A stretch of DNA of 18,570 nt from Candidatus Hermodarchaeota archaeon (GTDB taxonomy: Archaea > Asgardarchaeota > Hermodarchaeia > Hermodarchaeales > Hermodarchaeaceae). Shown here piece after piece: positions 8,555 to 16,714 of the stretch. The position numbers were made by a program, and so were the translations under genes. The first letter of the stretch is position 1. The number at the start of each line of letters is the position of its first letter. The stretch covers positions 1-18,570 of the forward strand of contig JAEOUH010000086.1 in NCBI GenBank assembly GCA_016839365.1, read 5' to 3'. A model generated the notes under the pieces. It worked only from the letters and a program-made list of their open reading frames with translations. It was not told where the DNA came from and made no database searches.

Positions 8555-9571
8555 ATGATTGCCCCAATCATTTGGATCGCTCTATTACTCATTCTCGTGT
8601 TTATTGTCGCCGTGGCGATTGGGGCAAGTGATGAGACAATGGCAACCGTTGTGGGAGGTAAAGTTCTCAAATTGAATGCGGCGATTTTTCTGGGAATGGG
8701 TCTCCAAATCATTGGGGCTCAATTGCTCGGAGCCCGAGTTTCTGGGACCATTGGACAAGATATGGTTTTAACCCCCTTACCCTTTGATATTATCCTGATT
8801 ATAGTCATAGCGATGACAATATGGGCTCTAGTGGCATCTCTTCGCGGTTATCCGATCTCAACGACTCATTCGATTGTTGGCTGCATACTGGGCGTGGGAC
8901 TCCTAATTCAATTTACTACCATGGGTCCAATAATCAATTGGTTTACAATAATTCAAATTGTAATTGGTTGGATTTTAAGCATCATTTTTGGCTTGGCAAT
9001 TGCTTTATTCGTTCAACTAGTTTTGAGAAAAACCATTTTACCCCGCACTTCGAGTCTGGATCAGATTGAGAGATTCGAACAAATTTTTGGATGGCTGTTA
9101 TTGATTGTAGTAATTGTATCTGCGTTGAGTCGTGGAGGTAATGATGTTTCAAAGGCAGTGGGAATCTTGACTATGATTTTTCCTGACCCGACATTCTGGG
9201 GATGGTTTTTGTTTCTGGGTGGAATTGGTATGGCTGTAGGATTATTTTTGATTGGTCGACGAGTTGTAGCTACCGTTGGAATGGAGATAACAGAGCTCCG
9301 CCCAAGTACAAGTTTTTCTGCAGAACTCGCAGTAGCTTCAGTGCTTTTAGTCGGAACTATTTTGGGGATACCTCTCTCTGGAACACATGTTCTTGTAGCA
9401 GCGGTGGTTGGAGTTGGTCTTGCAAATAGAAGCCGTGTTAGAGGGCCAGGACTAAATAAAATCTTAATGGCATCGTTTCTAACCATTCCCCTTTCTGCAC
9501 TTTTAGCGATTGGATTATTGTGGCTTTATCTGGCTATTCGACCCTTTTTCATCCTGTTTGTTGGAATCTAG
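8555..9571 (+). CDS. Inorganic phosphate transporter, PiT/SLC20 (PHO4) family
   Basis: Internal repeat with PiT signatures GASDETMATVVG and RGGNDVSKAVG, plus PISTTHSIVG, GRRVVATVG and GIPLSGTH. Highly hydrophobic. Confidence 0.9.
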   Translation: MIAPIIWIALLLILVFIVAVAIGASDETMATVVGGKVLKLNAAIFLGMGLQIIGAQLLGARVSGTIGQDMVLTPLPFDIILIIVIAMTIWALVASLRGYPISTTHSIVGCILGVGLLIQFTTMGPIINWFTIIQIVIGWILSIIFGLAIALFVQLVLRKTILPRTSSLDQIERFEQIFGWLLLIVVIVSALSRGGNDVSKAVGILTMIFPDPTFWGWFLFLGGIGMAVGLFLIGRRVVATVGMEITELRPSTSFSAELAVASVLLVGTILGIPLSGTHVLVAAVVGVGLANRSRVRGPGLNKILMASFLTIPLSALLAIGLLWLYLAIRPFFILFVGI

Positions 9572-9659
9572 TTGAGAGAGTTGGAGCATTGTTTTTATTA
9601 CATAACATATACAAACTATGCAAAGCGATTTAGATCGGATAATCTAAAAATTGTAACAG

Positions 9660-10322
9660 GTGTTCGGGTTGTGGAGAAAAAAAGAGGAGATAGAAGTAAG
9701 GGAACTAATCAACGAGCACGCTAGGATTGTATTACAATCTGTGACAGCGCTTAGCCAGTATCTTAAAGTGATTTTGAAGAAAAAGGCAGAAAATCGGCTC
9801 TACGATGAAGAAAAGGAATTAGCGGAACGCGTTTTAGCACTTGAATCTGAAGCGGATCGAGCTGAAGAAGTCATTGATGAAAAACTTCAGGTTACGGCGC
9901 TTCCAGTCACAAGTAGTGAACGATATTCACTCGTTGAAAAAATCGATAGCATTGCAGACCGGAGTGAAATCATTGTACGGAAACTCCGATTAATTGATGA
10001 GCCAATAAAATTAGAAATCAAGCAGAAGCTTTACGAAATGGGTAATTATTGCCTTGAAGCAACAACTGCTGTTGTTGAAAGTATTCAGTTACTCGGTTCG
10101 AGCTTTGATTCTGCACTCAATGAAGCGCAGAAAGTAAGGCCTATCAGAAATAAGAATCGAAATGTTGAGTTTGAAACATTGGGACTGATAATGCATTATA
10201 AAATGCGTACATCAACCTTTGTAATATTGCATGATGTTATTAAACTTCTTGGGAGATTAGGAGATCTGACAAATGAAATTGCTCATGCAATAATTTCGTT
10301 AATAATAAAATACCGATCTTGA
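9660..10322 (+). CDS. DUF47 family (PhoU-like) phosphate transport regulator
   Basis: LESEAD...R..LVEKIDSIAD helical acidic motifs, 220 aa, directly downstream of the PiT gene (the usual pairing). Confidence 0.85.
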   Translation: MFGLWRKKEEIEVRELINEHARIVLQSVTALSQYLKVILKKKAENRLYDEEKELAERVLALESEADRAEEVIDEKLQVTALPVTSSERYSLVEKIDSIADRSEIIVRKLRLIDEPIKLEIKQKLYEMGNYCLEATTAVVESIQLLGSSFDSALNEAQKVRPIRNKNRNVEFETLGLIMHYKMRTSTFVILHDVIKLLGRLGDLTNEIAHAIISLIIKYRS

Positions 10323-10440
10323 AATCTCCCTTTTTTGACAGAGGATTTAGATCATCCATTAATCCTTAGCCAACTTGTTTCTCTTCTGACCCTGTAATTT
10401 CCAGAATAATAGAATTAACATTCAAACAACTAAATAGCGA

Positions 10441-11571
10441 TTAATCCGCTTCAGCCTTGCCTTCAAGTAAACTTCTAATACGGTCAGCGAAAGGGTCGCC
10501 TTCAGCTTTGAGAATTATCACATCTCTATAGGAGATAAATAAATCTCTTTTATCTTTGACTTTAATTTCAGAATCAGCGGCGAGTTCAGCTTTAACAGGG
10601 TGGGTTCCTCCAACATCTGCGTAAACTTGATAGTAGCGCCCAGTGAAAACGAGGCTCTCAATTGTACTTGATAATTTGTTGAAATCCGCTTTAGGTTCTC
10701 GTACTCGAAAGTCTTCAGGTCGAATTGCAGCAAATGCTTCCTCACCCTTAGAAAAGGTTAGATCGTTGCGGGTCGTTCGCCCATGCAATTGTTGCCCCCA
10801 GGACGTTTCGATGGTAATTTTTTTTCCGTTAGCACTTGTTATGGTTCCGTGAAGAAAGGTGCAAGAGCCAATGAAGTCTGCGACGAAGAGATTTTGTGGC
10901 TCCTCATAGATATCTTTAGGCGAATCTACTTGCCTTATATGACCAAGTTCCATAACAGCAATACGATCAGAGATGCTGAGCGCTTCCTCTTGATCATGCG
11001 TTACATAAATTGTGGTTATCCCGAATTCCTTTTGGATCCGCTTGATTTCATGCCGCATCTCCACTCGAAGCTTTGCATCTAAATTGCTGAGTGGCTCGTC
11101 AAATAATAGGACCCGCGGTTCGATGACCAACGCGCGAGCAAGTGCAACACGTTGTTGCTGCCCTCCACTTAACTGGAAGGGAGTACGATTTTCCATTCCA
11201 CCGAGTCGAACTAATTCGAGGATATCTAGGACTTTCTTACGTATCTCATCTTTGGGGATTTTCCGGATTTTAAGTCCAAAAGCCACATTATCGAACACCT
11301 TCATATGTGGCCAGATGGCGTAGTTTTGAAAAACCATGCCCGTGTTCCGATTATTAGGTGGCACTCGGGTCATATCGGTTTCACCAAAAAAGACTTGCCC
11401 TTCCTCAGGTGTATAGAAACCAGCAACACATCGCAGGATAGTTGTTTTTCCACAACCAGAGGGACCCAATAAGGTGAACAGTTCTCCATCGTTTATGTGA
11501 AGATCAATATGATCGCAGGCAACGACTTCTCCAAATCGCTTGGTTAATTCCTTTAAATCGATTGTTACCAT
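10441..11571 (-). CDS. ABC transporter ATP-binding protein (FbpC/PotA class) with a C-terminal TOBE domain
   Basis: Walker A GPSGCGKT, Q-loop VFQNYA, signature LSGGQQQR, Walker B LLFDEP, H-loop VTHDQEEA, and RPED. Confidence 0.96.
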   Translation of the reverse strand: MVTIDLKELTKRFGEVVACDHIDLHINDGELFTLLGPSGCGKTTILRCVAGFYTPEEGQVFFGETDMTRVPPNNRNTGMVFQNYAIWPHMKVFDNVAFGLKIRKIPKDEIRKKVLDILELVRLGGMENRTPFQLSGGQQQRVALARALVIEPRVLLFDEPLSNLDAKLRVEMRHEIKRIQKEFGITTIYVTHDQEEALSISDRIAVMELGHIRQVDSPKDIYEEPQNLFVADFIGSCTFLHGTITSANGKKITIETSWGQQLHGRTTRNDLTFSKGEEAFAAIRPEDFRVREPKADFNKLSSTIESLVFTGRYYQVYADVGGTHPVKAELAADSEIKVKDKRDLFISYRDVIILKAEGDPFADRIRSLLEGKAEAD

Positions 11572-11586
11572 TTTTTTCCCGTTCCT

Positions 11587-13509
11587 TTATAATCCCACCA
11601 TTGATTCCGTTCGGCTCTTCAATACTACATTAACAATGGTAATTATGATTATTTGAATTATCATAAGCAAGAGTCCTAAAACAGCAGCATGATGTGATCC
11701 TGCTGCAACTTGATATAGGATGTCTGCCATTTTCCATGTAAGGGGAGCTTGGCTCGGATTAACTCCACCTAAAACGAGACTAACACTTACTTCTGACATG
11801 CAATATACAAAGGACATCATCGCCCCAGAGAGGACGGAGACGGCTACTAAGGGAATTACTATGCCTGCAAATACTCGGGCTCGACTGGCTCCAAGGTTTT
11901 CTGCGGCTTCTTCGTATTCAACATTCGTTTGTTGAAGACCCGCAAAAGTTGAACGTACAGTGAATGGGAATTTCCTAATTGTGAACGCTAGTATTAGCAA
12001 TGGCATGGCTGTTATTAATGGATTGAGAATTGAACTAGCGAAAAGGGGAATTCGTACAAAGAAAAGGAAATACCCCATGGCAATGACGATTCCAGGTAAT
12101 GCTATAGGAATTGTAACCAGAAGGTCTAATCCGCCGATACCGGGAAGATTCTTTCTTGCAACAATATATGCTGCACCTGTTGCCAATACCACAATGAGAA
12201 TGATAGCGACTGTACTATAAAAGAGGCTGTTGAAAATCGATTGGAGTACTAGAGGGTCTGTAAATACTTGAAAGAAGTTAATCACCGTGGGGAAGTTAAC
12301 TGGAATGACAGTAGTACCCCATTCAGTGGAAAATGCCAGGAAAAGGATTCCTAATGGTGTGAGTAGTGCAAAAAAGAGCACCACCCCAATAAACCCATAT
12401 ATCGCGATATACTGCCACCATTTTGGTTTGTTCAGCCTTGGATTCCATGTGCCCCCTTTACTCATCATGGCATAATGTCTAAGAGACATATACCTTCGGA
12501 TTAATAGGAATCCAATCATTGCAATTAACAACAAGATAACGCTTAATGCTGGCGCAATGGGATTTATGGCTCCCGTCGGAGCAAAGATTAACGAATAGAC
12601 TTGATAGGTGATCGTCCGGCGAACGACTGGGTCGGATTCAAAAACAATGAGAGTGCCCAGATCTTCAACACTGAGAATAAATGTGAGTATTGCCCCTGCT
12701 TCAATTCCTGGCAAGGCTAAGGGAAGGGTGATCTTCCTGAAAAGTCCAAATCCCTTTGCACCCATATTCTCTCCTTGTTCTTCTAATGAAGGGTCTATAG
12801 CCAGGAATGCGGCGTAGGTTGAAAGATAAACCAATGAGAAGAAGTGCAGCGATTGAACAAGAATTACCGCAGCTAATCCTTCGAAAATTACTCGGAATGG
12901 GAGAATTCTAAGGATGTCGTAGAATAACAGGTTGAGCATCCCAAATTCCCCGAATATTTTTTGGATGGCAATTGCGCTAACAAAAGGCGTGGAAAGAATG
13001 GGGACGAGAATGAGAATACGCAGAATGGATTTGCCATGAAAGTCATATCGTGCCATGAAAAAGGCAAGTGTAACCCCGATTAATGTGGAGATGAGAGTTG
13101 TCGAGAGACCCACATATATGGAATTGATAATCGCCCCACAATCGACACCTCGAATGTAAAGATAATCACCTACGATTTGAATTGGTACCCCTGTACATCC
13201 ATTAACAGGCCAAAATCGTGGATCAGTAAAGATGATTCGGAACCATATAAGTGAAAAAACACCGTTTGCGGTAAACGCGGATCCTATCACGGCTAGCAAA
13301 GGGAGAACCATGAAAAATATGAATACTAGGATTACCGCAGCTAATTGAATGGATGAAAAGACACCCATCTGTGAGCGGAACTGATGGAGAAGCTCTTTAT
13401 AGTATTCGAAGTGGAAGAATTTTCGCCCAGATAGTATCCAATCTCTCGTACGATTAGAAAATCCAGAAAATCTGAGTTTGAATCCTTCTTTCGACAGAAT
13501 ACTTGCCAT
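11587..13509 (-). CDS. ABC transporter permease, fused two-domain FbpB/ThiP type
   Basis: Two EAA loops (LEEQGENMGA and YEEAAENLGAS) and many TM segments. Start is ATG 13509 or TTG 13512. Confidence 0.93.
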   Translation of the reverse strand: MASILSKEGFKLRFSGFSNRTRDWILSGRKFFHFEYYKELLHQFRSQMGVFSSIQLAAVILVFIFFMVLPLLAVIGSAFTANGVFSLIWFRIIFTDPRFWPVNGCTGVPIQIVGDYLYIRGVDCGAIINSIYVGLSTTLISTLIGVTLAFFMARYDFHGKSILRILILVPILSTPFVSAIAIQKIFGEFGMLNLLFYDILRILPFRVIFEGLAAVILVQSLHFFSLVYLSTYAAFLAIDPSLEEQGENMGAKGFGLFRKITLPLALPGIEAGAILTFILSVEDLGTLIVFESDPVVRRTITYQVYSLIFAPTGAINPIAPALSVILLLIAMIGFLLIRRYMSLRHYAMMSKGGTWNPRLNKPKWWQYIAIYGFIGVVLFFALLTPLGILFLAFSTEWGTTVIPVNFPTVINFFQVFTDPLVLQSIFNSLFYSTVAIILIVVLATGAAYIVARKNLPGIGGLDLLVTIPIALPGIVIAMGYFLFFVRIPLFASSILNPLITAMPLLILAFTIRKFPFTVRSTFAGLQQTNVEYEEAAENLGASRARVFAGIVIPLVAVSVLSGAMMSFVYCMSEVSVSLVLGGVNPSQAPLTWKMADILYQVAAGSHHAAVLGLLLMIIQIIIITIVNVVLKSRTESMVGL

Positions 13510-13659
13510 CAACAGACCTTCGAGTGAAGATTTGTTTTTCGGGTAATTCCGAATAGTGATGTCACATCAATAGCGAATATGAATTATAAAAAAGTAATAT
13601 ACCGTGCCCTTCAGTTCAGGTTTGAGTAAGAATCTGTTTGCAAATTAAATTACGTTGTT

Positions 13660-13699
13660 AAATAATAAAAGAAAGGGCGTGAGGTAATAGTTACCTCAC
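13660..13699 (-). terminator. Intra-operon hairpin plus U-rich tract between the binding-protein and permease genes
   Basis: Perfect 9-bp inverted repeat GTGAGGTAA-tag-TTACCTCAC (13679-13699), followed on the minus strand by CTTTCTTTTATTATTT. Confidence 0.6.
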
Positions 13700-13716
13700 T
13701 CAGAGCACCCAATGAA

Positions 13717-15150
13717 TTAGCCAGGGACAGCAATCTCTACAGTGTTATACTGGGCAATTGCGGCGGAAGTCCAGAGGCTTTTGATGCTTTCTCTGAACAC
13801 ATCATCCCCGCGAATTAACATGTTGATGCTTTGTGCATACGCCTCTGTGAATTTCTCAGCTGTTAGGGTGTAGGGATCAGTGATTGTTACTGTTGCTCCA
13901 AGTTGAGCCGCCCAAGTATCGAACTGGGCCTGTCTGCCCACTGGATCAACAAGGTACCAATTGACAAGTTTGCCCCAGGCACTTCGAAGTGCACTATGGG
14001 CATTAGTTATTACGGATTCAAAGTAGTGTATAAAGGACCATTCGTACGAAAGAACAAGGTTGTCATCGAAGGGGATGCCAATATTCTCGATGGTAGCATT
14101 GTAGAAGGTGTAGAGATCGTCTCGAGTTTCACCGATGGGTGTATCAAATGCTTCTTCCATCACTGGCATTCGGTTAATTGTTGTACGTAACCATTGACTT
14201 TGTCCTTCAGGAGATAAGACAAAATCAATAAAAGCTTCAGCGGCTTCACGATGCTGGCAAGTGACAGGAATGGCAATTGGATCACCATTAACGATCGATC
14301 CGTTCTGTGGGACAACATATTGACAGAAACTGTACTTGTACATCGATGTATATCCATAGAAGTCAATGGTCATTCCAACTGCTACTTCGCCTGTTTCCAC
14401 TGCAGTTTGGGTTTGAACGGACCCACCATAAATCTTGGAATTTCCTCCCATCCGGACAATGGTATCCCATCCAAGATCCCATCCAAATTTCTGAGCAATA
14501 ATTTCGTAGATTCGTGTATTACTAGTCGTTGCAGGTGCATTGCCCATCGCAATTGTTGCGGTGGGGTGATAAAAACCGGGGCTTGTTAGGTTTTCCCAGG
14601 CTGAAGGCCAAGGCAGTGATTTTGCAGCCCATGTTTGGTTATTCACCGTAAAGCCAAAGGAACTAATGGCAGCAGCGCACCATAGAATATCACCGTCTGT
14701 ATCGTTGCGTTTCATGTCTGCGCCAGCGATTTCATCCGGAACTCGAGCAATGACATCTTCCATGTAAGTGCCATTCATCTTTACAAGAAGTCCAGCTGAT
14801 ATAAGCTCATCAAAGAGAGTGGGCCCCCCACCCCATGCTACATCAGGCAGTCCTGCTGGGTTCAAAATAACGTCTTGCCATTGCGGCGCTAGTGGTGAAA
14901 TAAAATCTAACGCTACGACATTTGCATCCGCTGCTAAATCAGAGGCTAGAAAGGAGTCTCTAAAGACGTTCCAGATGGCTGTGTCATGCCGGGTAATGAT
15001 CTTTAGTGTTATTCCCTGTTCAGGTGGTGGACCAGGTGGATGGGTAAGGATCCACCATCCCGCAACGGCACCACTTGCACCAACGATTATGACAATTGCC
15101 ACAATTGCATAGAGTTTTTTACGAGATGAAGTTTGAGCTACATCCGACAT
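13717..15150 (-). CDS. ABC transporter substrate-binding protein (Fe3+/thiamine-like type 2 PBP, archaeal subgroup), N-terminal membrane anchor
   Basis: KIITRHD, PDVAWGGGPTLFD, AAISSFGFTVN, STRIYE-like SNTRIYE, IDFYGY, NGDPIAI and AEAFIDFVLSPEGQ motifs. RKK plus a hydrophobic helix and Pro linker at the N-terminus. ATG 15150 has GGAGTG upstream (track start 15168). Confidence 0.92.
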   Translation of the reverse strand: MSDVAQTSSRKKLYAIVAIVIIVGASGAVAGWWILTHPPGPPPEQGITLKIITRHDTAIWNVFRDSFLASDLAADANVVALDFISPLAPQWQDVILNPAGLPDVAWGGGPTLFDELISAGLLVKMNGTYMEDVIARVPDEIAGADMKRNDTDGDILWCAAAISSFGFTVNNQTWAAKSLPWPSAWENLTSPGFYHPTATIAMGNAPATTSNTRIYEIIAQKFGWDLGWDTIVRMGGNSKIYGGSVQTQTAVETGEVAVGMTIDFYGYTSMYKYSFCQYVVPQNGSIVNGDPIAIPVTCQHREAAEAFIDFVLSPEGQSQWLRTTINRMPVMEEAFDTPIGETRDDLYTFYNATIENIGIPFDDNLVLSYEWSFIHYFESVITNAHSALRSAWGKLVNWYLVDPVGRQAQFDTWAAQLGATVTITDPYTLTAEKFTEAYAQSINMLIRGDDVFRESIKSLWTSAAIAQYNTVEIAVPG

Positions 15151-15200
15151 TATAACATAACACTCCAATAGGAATCTGTTAGGGGATTGGCATCAAGGTA

Positions 15201-15217
15201 TTTTTATATCTTTTATC
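15201..15217 (-). promoter_or_regulatory. Putative BRE/TATA promoter for the ABC operon
   Basis: Minus strand reads GATAAAAG-ATATAAAAA about 50 nt upstream of the ATG at 15150. Confidence 0.5.
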
Positions 15218-15263
15218 TCTCGCAAAACACCAACATATCACAATTTTAGAATCATAATTTAGA

Positions 15264-15279
15264 GTAAAGGCTTTATAGA
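15264..15279 (+). promoter_or_regulatory. Putative BRE/TATA promoter for the surface protein gene
   Basis: GTAAAGGC-TTTATAGA about 40 nt upstream of ATG 15316; GGAGA just before the start codon. Confidence 0.55.
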
Positions 15280-15315
15280 ACCTAGGAAGCACGGTTTAAG
15301 GAATCGGAGATTAAA

Positions 15316-16395
15316 ATGTCTCTGAGGTCAATTAAAATGCTGAAAAATAAGAAAGCAATTCTGATGCTATCGGTACTAGTTCTCACCCTTTCTATCGGTT
15401 TCTTCCCATTGAACCACTCAACTCGCGCTCAGAGTCTTTTTGAAGGCAAAGTCGTTGCATTCTATAATGTATACACTGCTTTTTCCCAATCGGCCCCTTC
15501 AGTTGCTGAATTTATGGACTGGTGGATAAGCAATGGTGGAACCGCCAACAATATCACTGATTTAACTGCAGACACGCTAGCAAATACTCATGCTTTGATT
15601 CTCAATTGTCCCGATGCAGACCAAGATGAATCGCACTCTATTACCAACTTTACCATGGCACAAGCTCAGGCTGTTAGAGACTGGTTCCTTGACACAAGTA
15701 TAGGTCATAAGTTCCTGTGGTCAAGTTCTGACTCATCATATACATACGCAGGTTACACGGATGCGTATCGATCTAACAATGCTTCGATGATTCTCGAGGT
15801 TCTCGGTTCAGTATTACGATACGAACCATCTTCTGTTGAAGACCCCGATTACAACACTGGTGGAGGCGCATATCGACCAATACTGAACACAACAGGAACT
15901 GATCCCATAATTGCCTCGTGCGTTGAAAACGTCACTGCTGTCTTAGCTCACAGCCCAACACTCCTTTACGGCTTAGATGGAACTACACCGGTTGCGCTTG
16001 AAACTACGACCCTACCAAACGTGTATCCTATCCTAATGACAGGTGCAGCTGGAATAATTAACGATCCAACGCTGTTAGATCCAATGCAAGCTCACACTAA
16101 TGGTCAAGAAGGCCATTTTGTGATGGTTGCAGGTGAACTTGGCATAGGTGGAACAACCCACAAGTTGGTTGCTTCTAGCTGCGCACCTATTGGTGGTTAC
16201 AATCCAATGTGGTTCGACGAACACAGGGGTTCTATACTGAATGGCTCCTTATTCATCAAACAAACTGTCACCTGGGGCATGACTCCACCTTTAATCCCAC
16301 CACCGATTCCTGGATTTCCGTTTGAAGCCATTGCTCTTGGTCTTCTTGCCACTCTCGGAATAGGACTTGTACTTCGGAACCGAAGAAGGAAGTAA
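15316..16395 (+). CDS. Secreted cell-surface protein with a probable GATase1-like/GIFT (GldG/IFT52/DUF4350-like) domain and a PGF/Loki-CTERM-like anchor
   Basis: Signal peptide (KNKK, hydrophobic core, TRA-Q). Core LTADTLANTHALIL..P....FTMAQAQAVRDWF....HKFLWSSSDS. C-terminus PPLIPPP-IPGFP-FEAIALGLLATLGIGLVL-RNRRRK. Seven N-x-S/T sequons. Confidence 0.75.
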   Translation: MSLRSIKMLKNKKAILMLSVLVLTLSIGFFPLNHSTRAQSLFEGKVVAFYNVYTAFSQSAPSVAEFMDWWISNGGTANNITDLTADTLANTHALILNCPDADQDESHSITNFTMAQAQAVRDWFLDTSIGHKFLWSSSDSSYTYAGYTDAYRSNNASMILEVLGSVLRYEPSSVEDPDYNTGGGAYRPILNTTGTDPIIASCVENVTAVLAHSPTLLYGLDGTTPVALETTTLPNVYPILMTGAAGIINDPTLLDPMQAHTNGQEGHFVMVAGELGIGGTTHKLVASSCAPIGGYNPMWFDEHRGSILNGSLFIKQTVTWGMTPPLIPPPIPGFPFEAIALGLLATLGIGLVLRNRRRK

Positions 16396-16422
16396 TTTCA
16401 CTTCCTTCTTTCACATTTTTTA
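16383..16422 (+). terminator. 11-bp hairpin overlapping the stop codon, plus T tract
   Basis: AAGAAGGAAGT-(aatttc)-ACTTCCTTCTT (16383-16410) followed by TCACATTTTTTT. Confidence 0.65.
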
Positions 16423-16475
16423 TTGAACTTTATAGAGTACAAGCAACTGTTTTTTAGCGTCAGTTCAATGTTTAA

Positions 16476-16664
16476 TCAGGTATGAGGTTTAACAGGAAAC
16501 GACCGATTGGCTTCTGGAATCTTGATTGCTCATACTGAAAGTCCCGCGATGATGTCTACGATTAACCAGTTCTTGTTGTATTTTGGTGCCCATACAAGAA
16601 AGGGAAGATACCATATCCGCAGGAAAAATCATCCTGGTTTCGTCGATTGCACCTTGTCAGGCAT
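16476..16664 (-). pseudogene. Degraded N-terminal remnant of a SulP/SLC26 anion transporter
   Basis: Translating from ATG 16664 through stops gives MPDKVQSTKPG*FFLRIWYLPFLVWAPKYNKNWLIVDIIAGLSV*AIKIPEA. This resembles the SulP N-terminus (LPxLxWLPxYxxxWLxxDxxAGLTVxAxxxPxA). It has two in-frame TGA codons and the similarity ends after PEA. Confidence 0.75.
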
Positions 16665-16714
16665 ATTTCACAGGTGAGCTGATTTTTATTTTCAAGCTGC
16701 TGGAAACTATGGAC

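Noticed and set aside
10518-15112. Numerous 60-115 aa ORFs overlapping the ABC operon
   Set aside because: Antisense or alternate-frame shadows of clearly conserved genes.
16530-16631. UGA=Trp or selenocysteine recoding
   Set aside because: TGA is a true stop for genes ending at 3717, 6693, 10322 and 16715; the fragment is truncated anyway, and the positions are not Cys-like.
16507-16677. Plus-strand TTG-started ORF of about 56 aa in the gap
   Set aside because: No RBS or motif; it is the antisense of the SulP-like remnant, which explains the sequence better.
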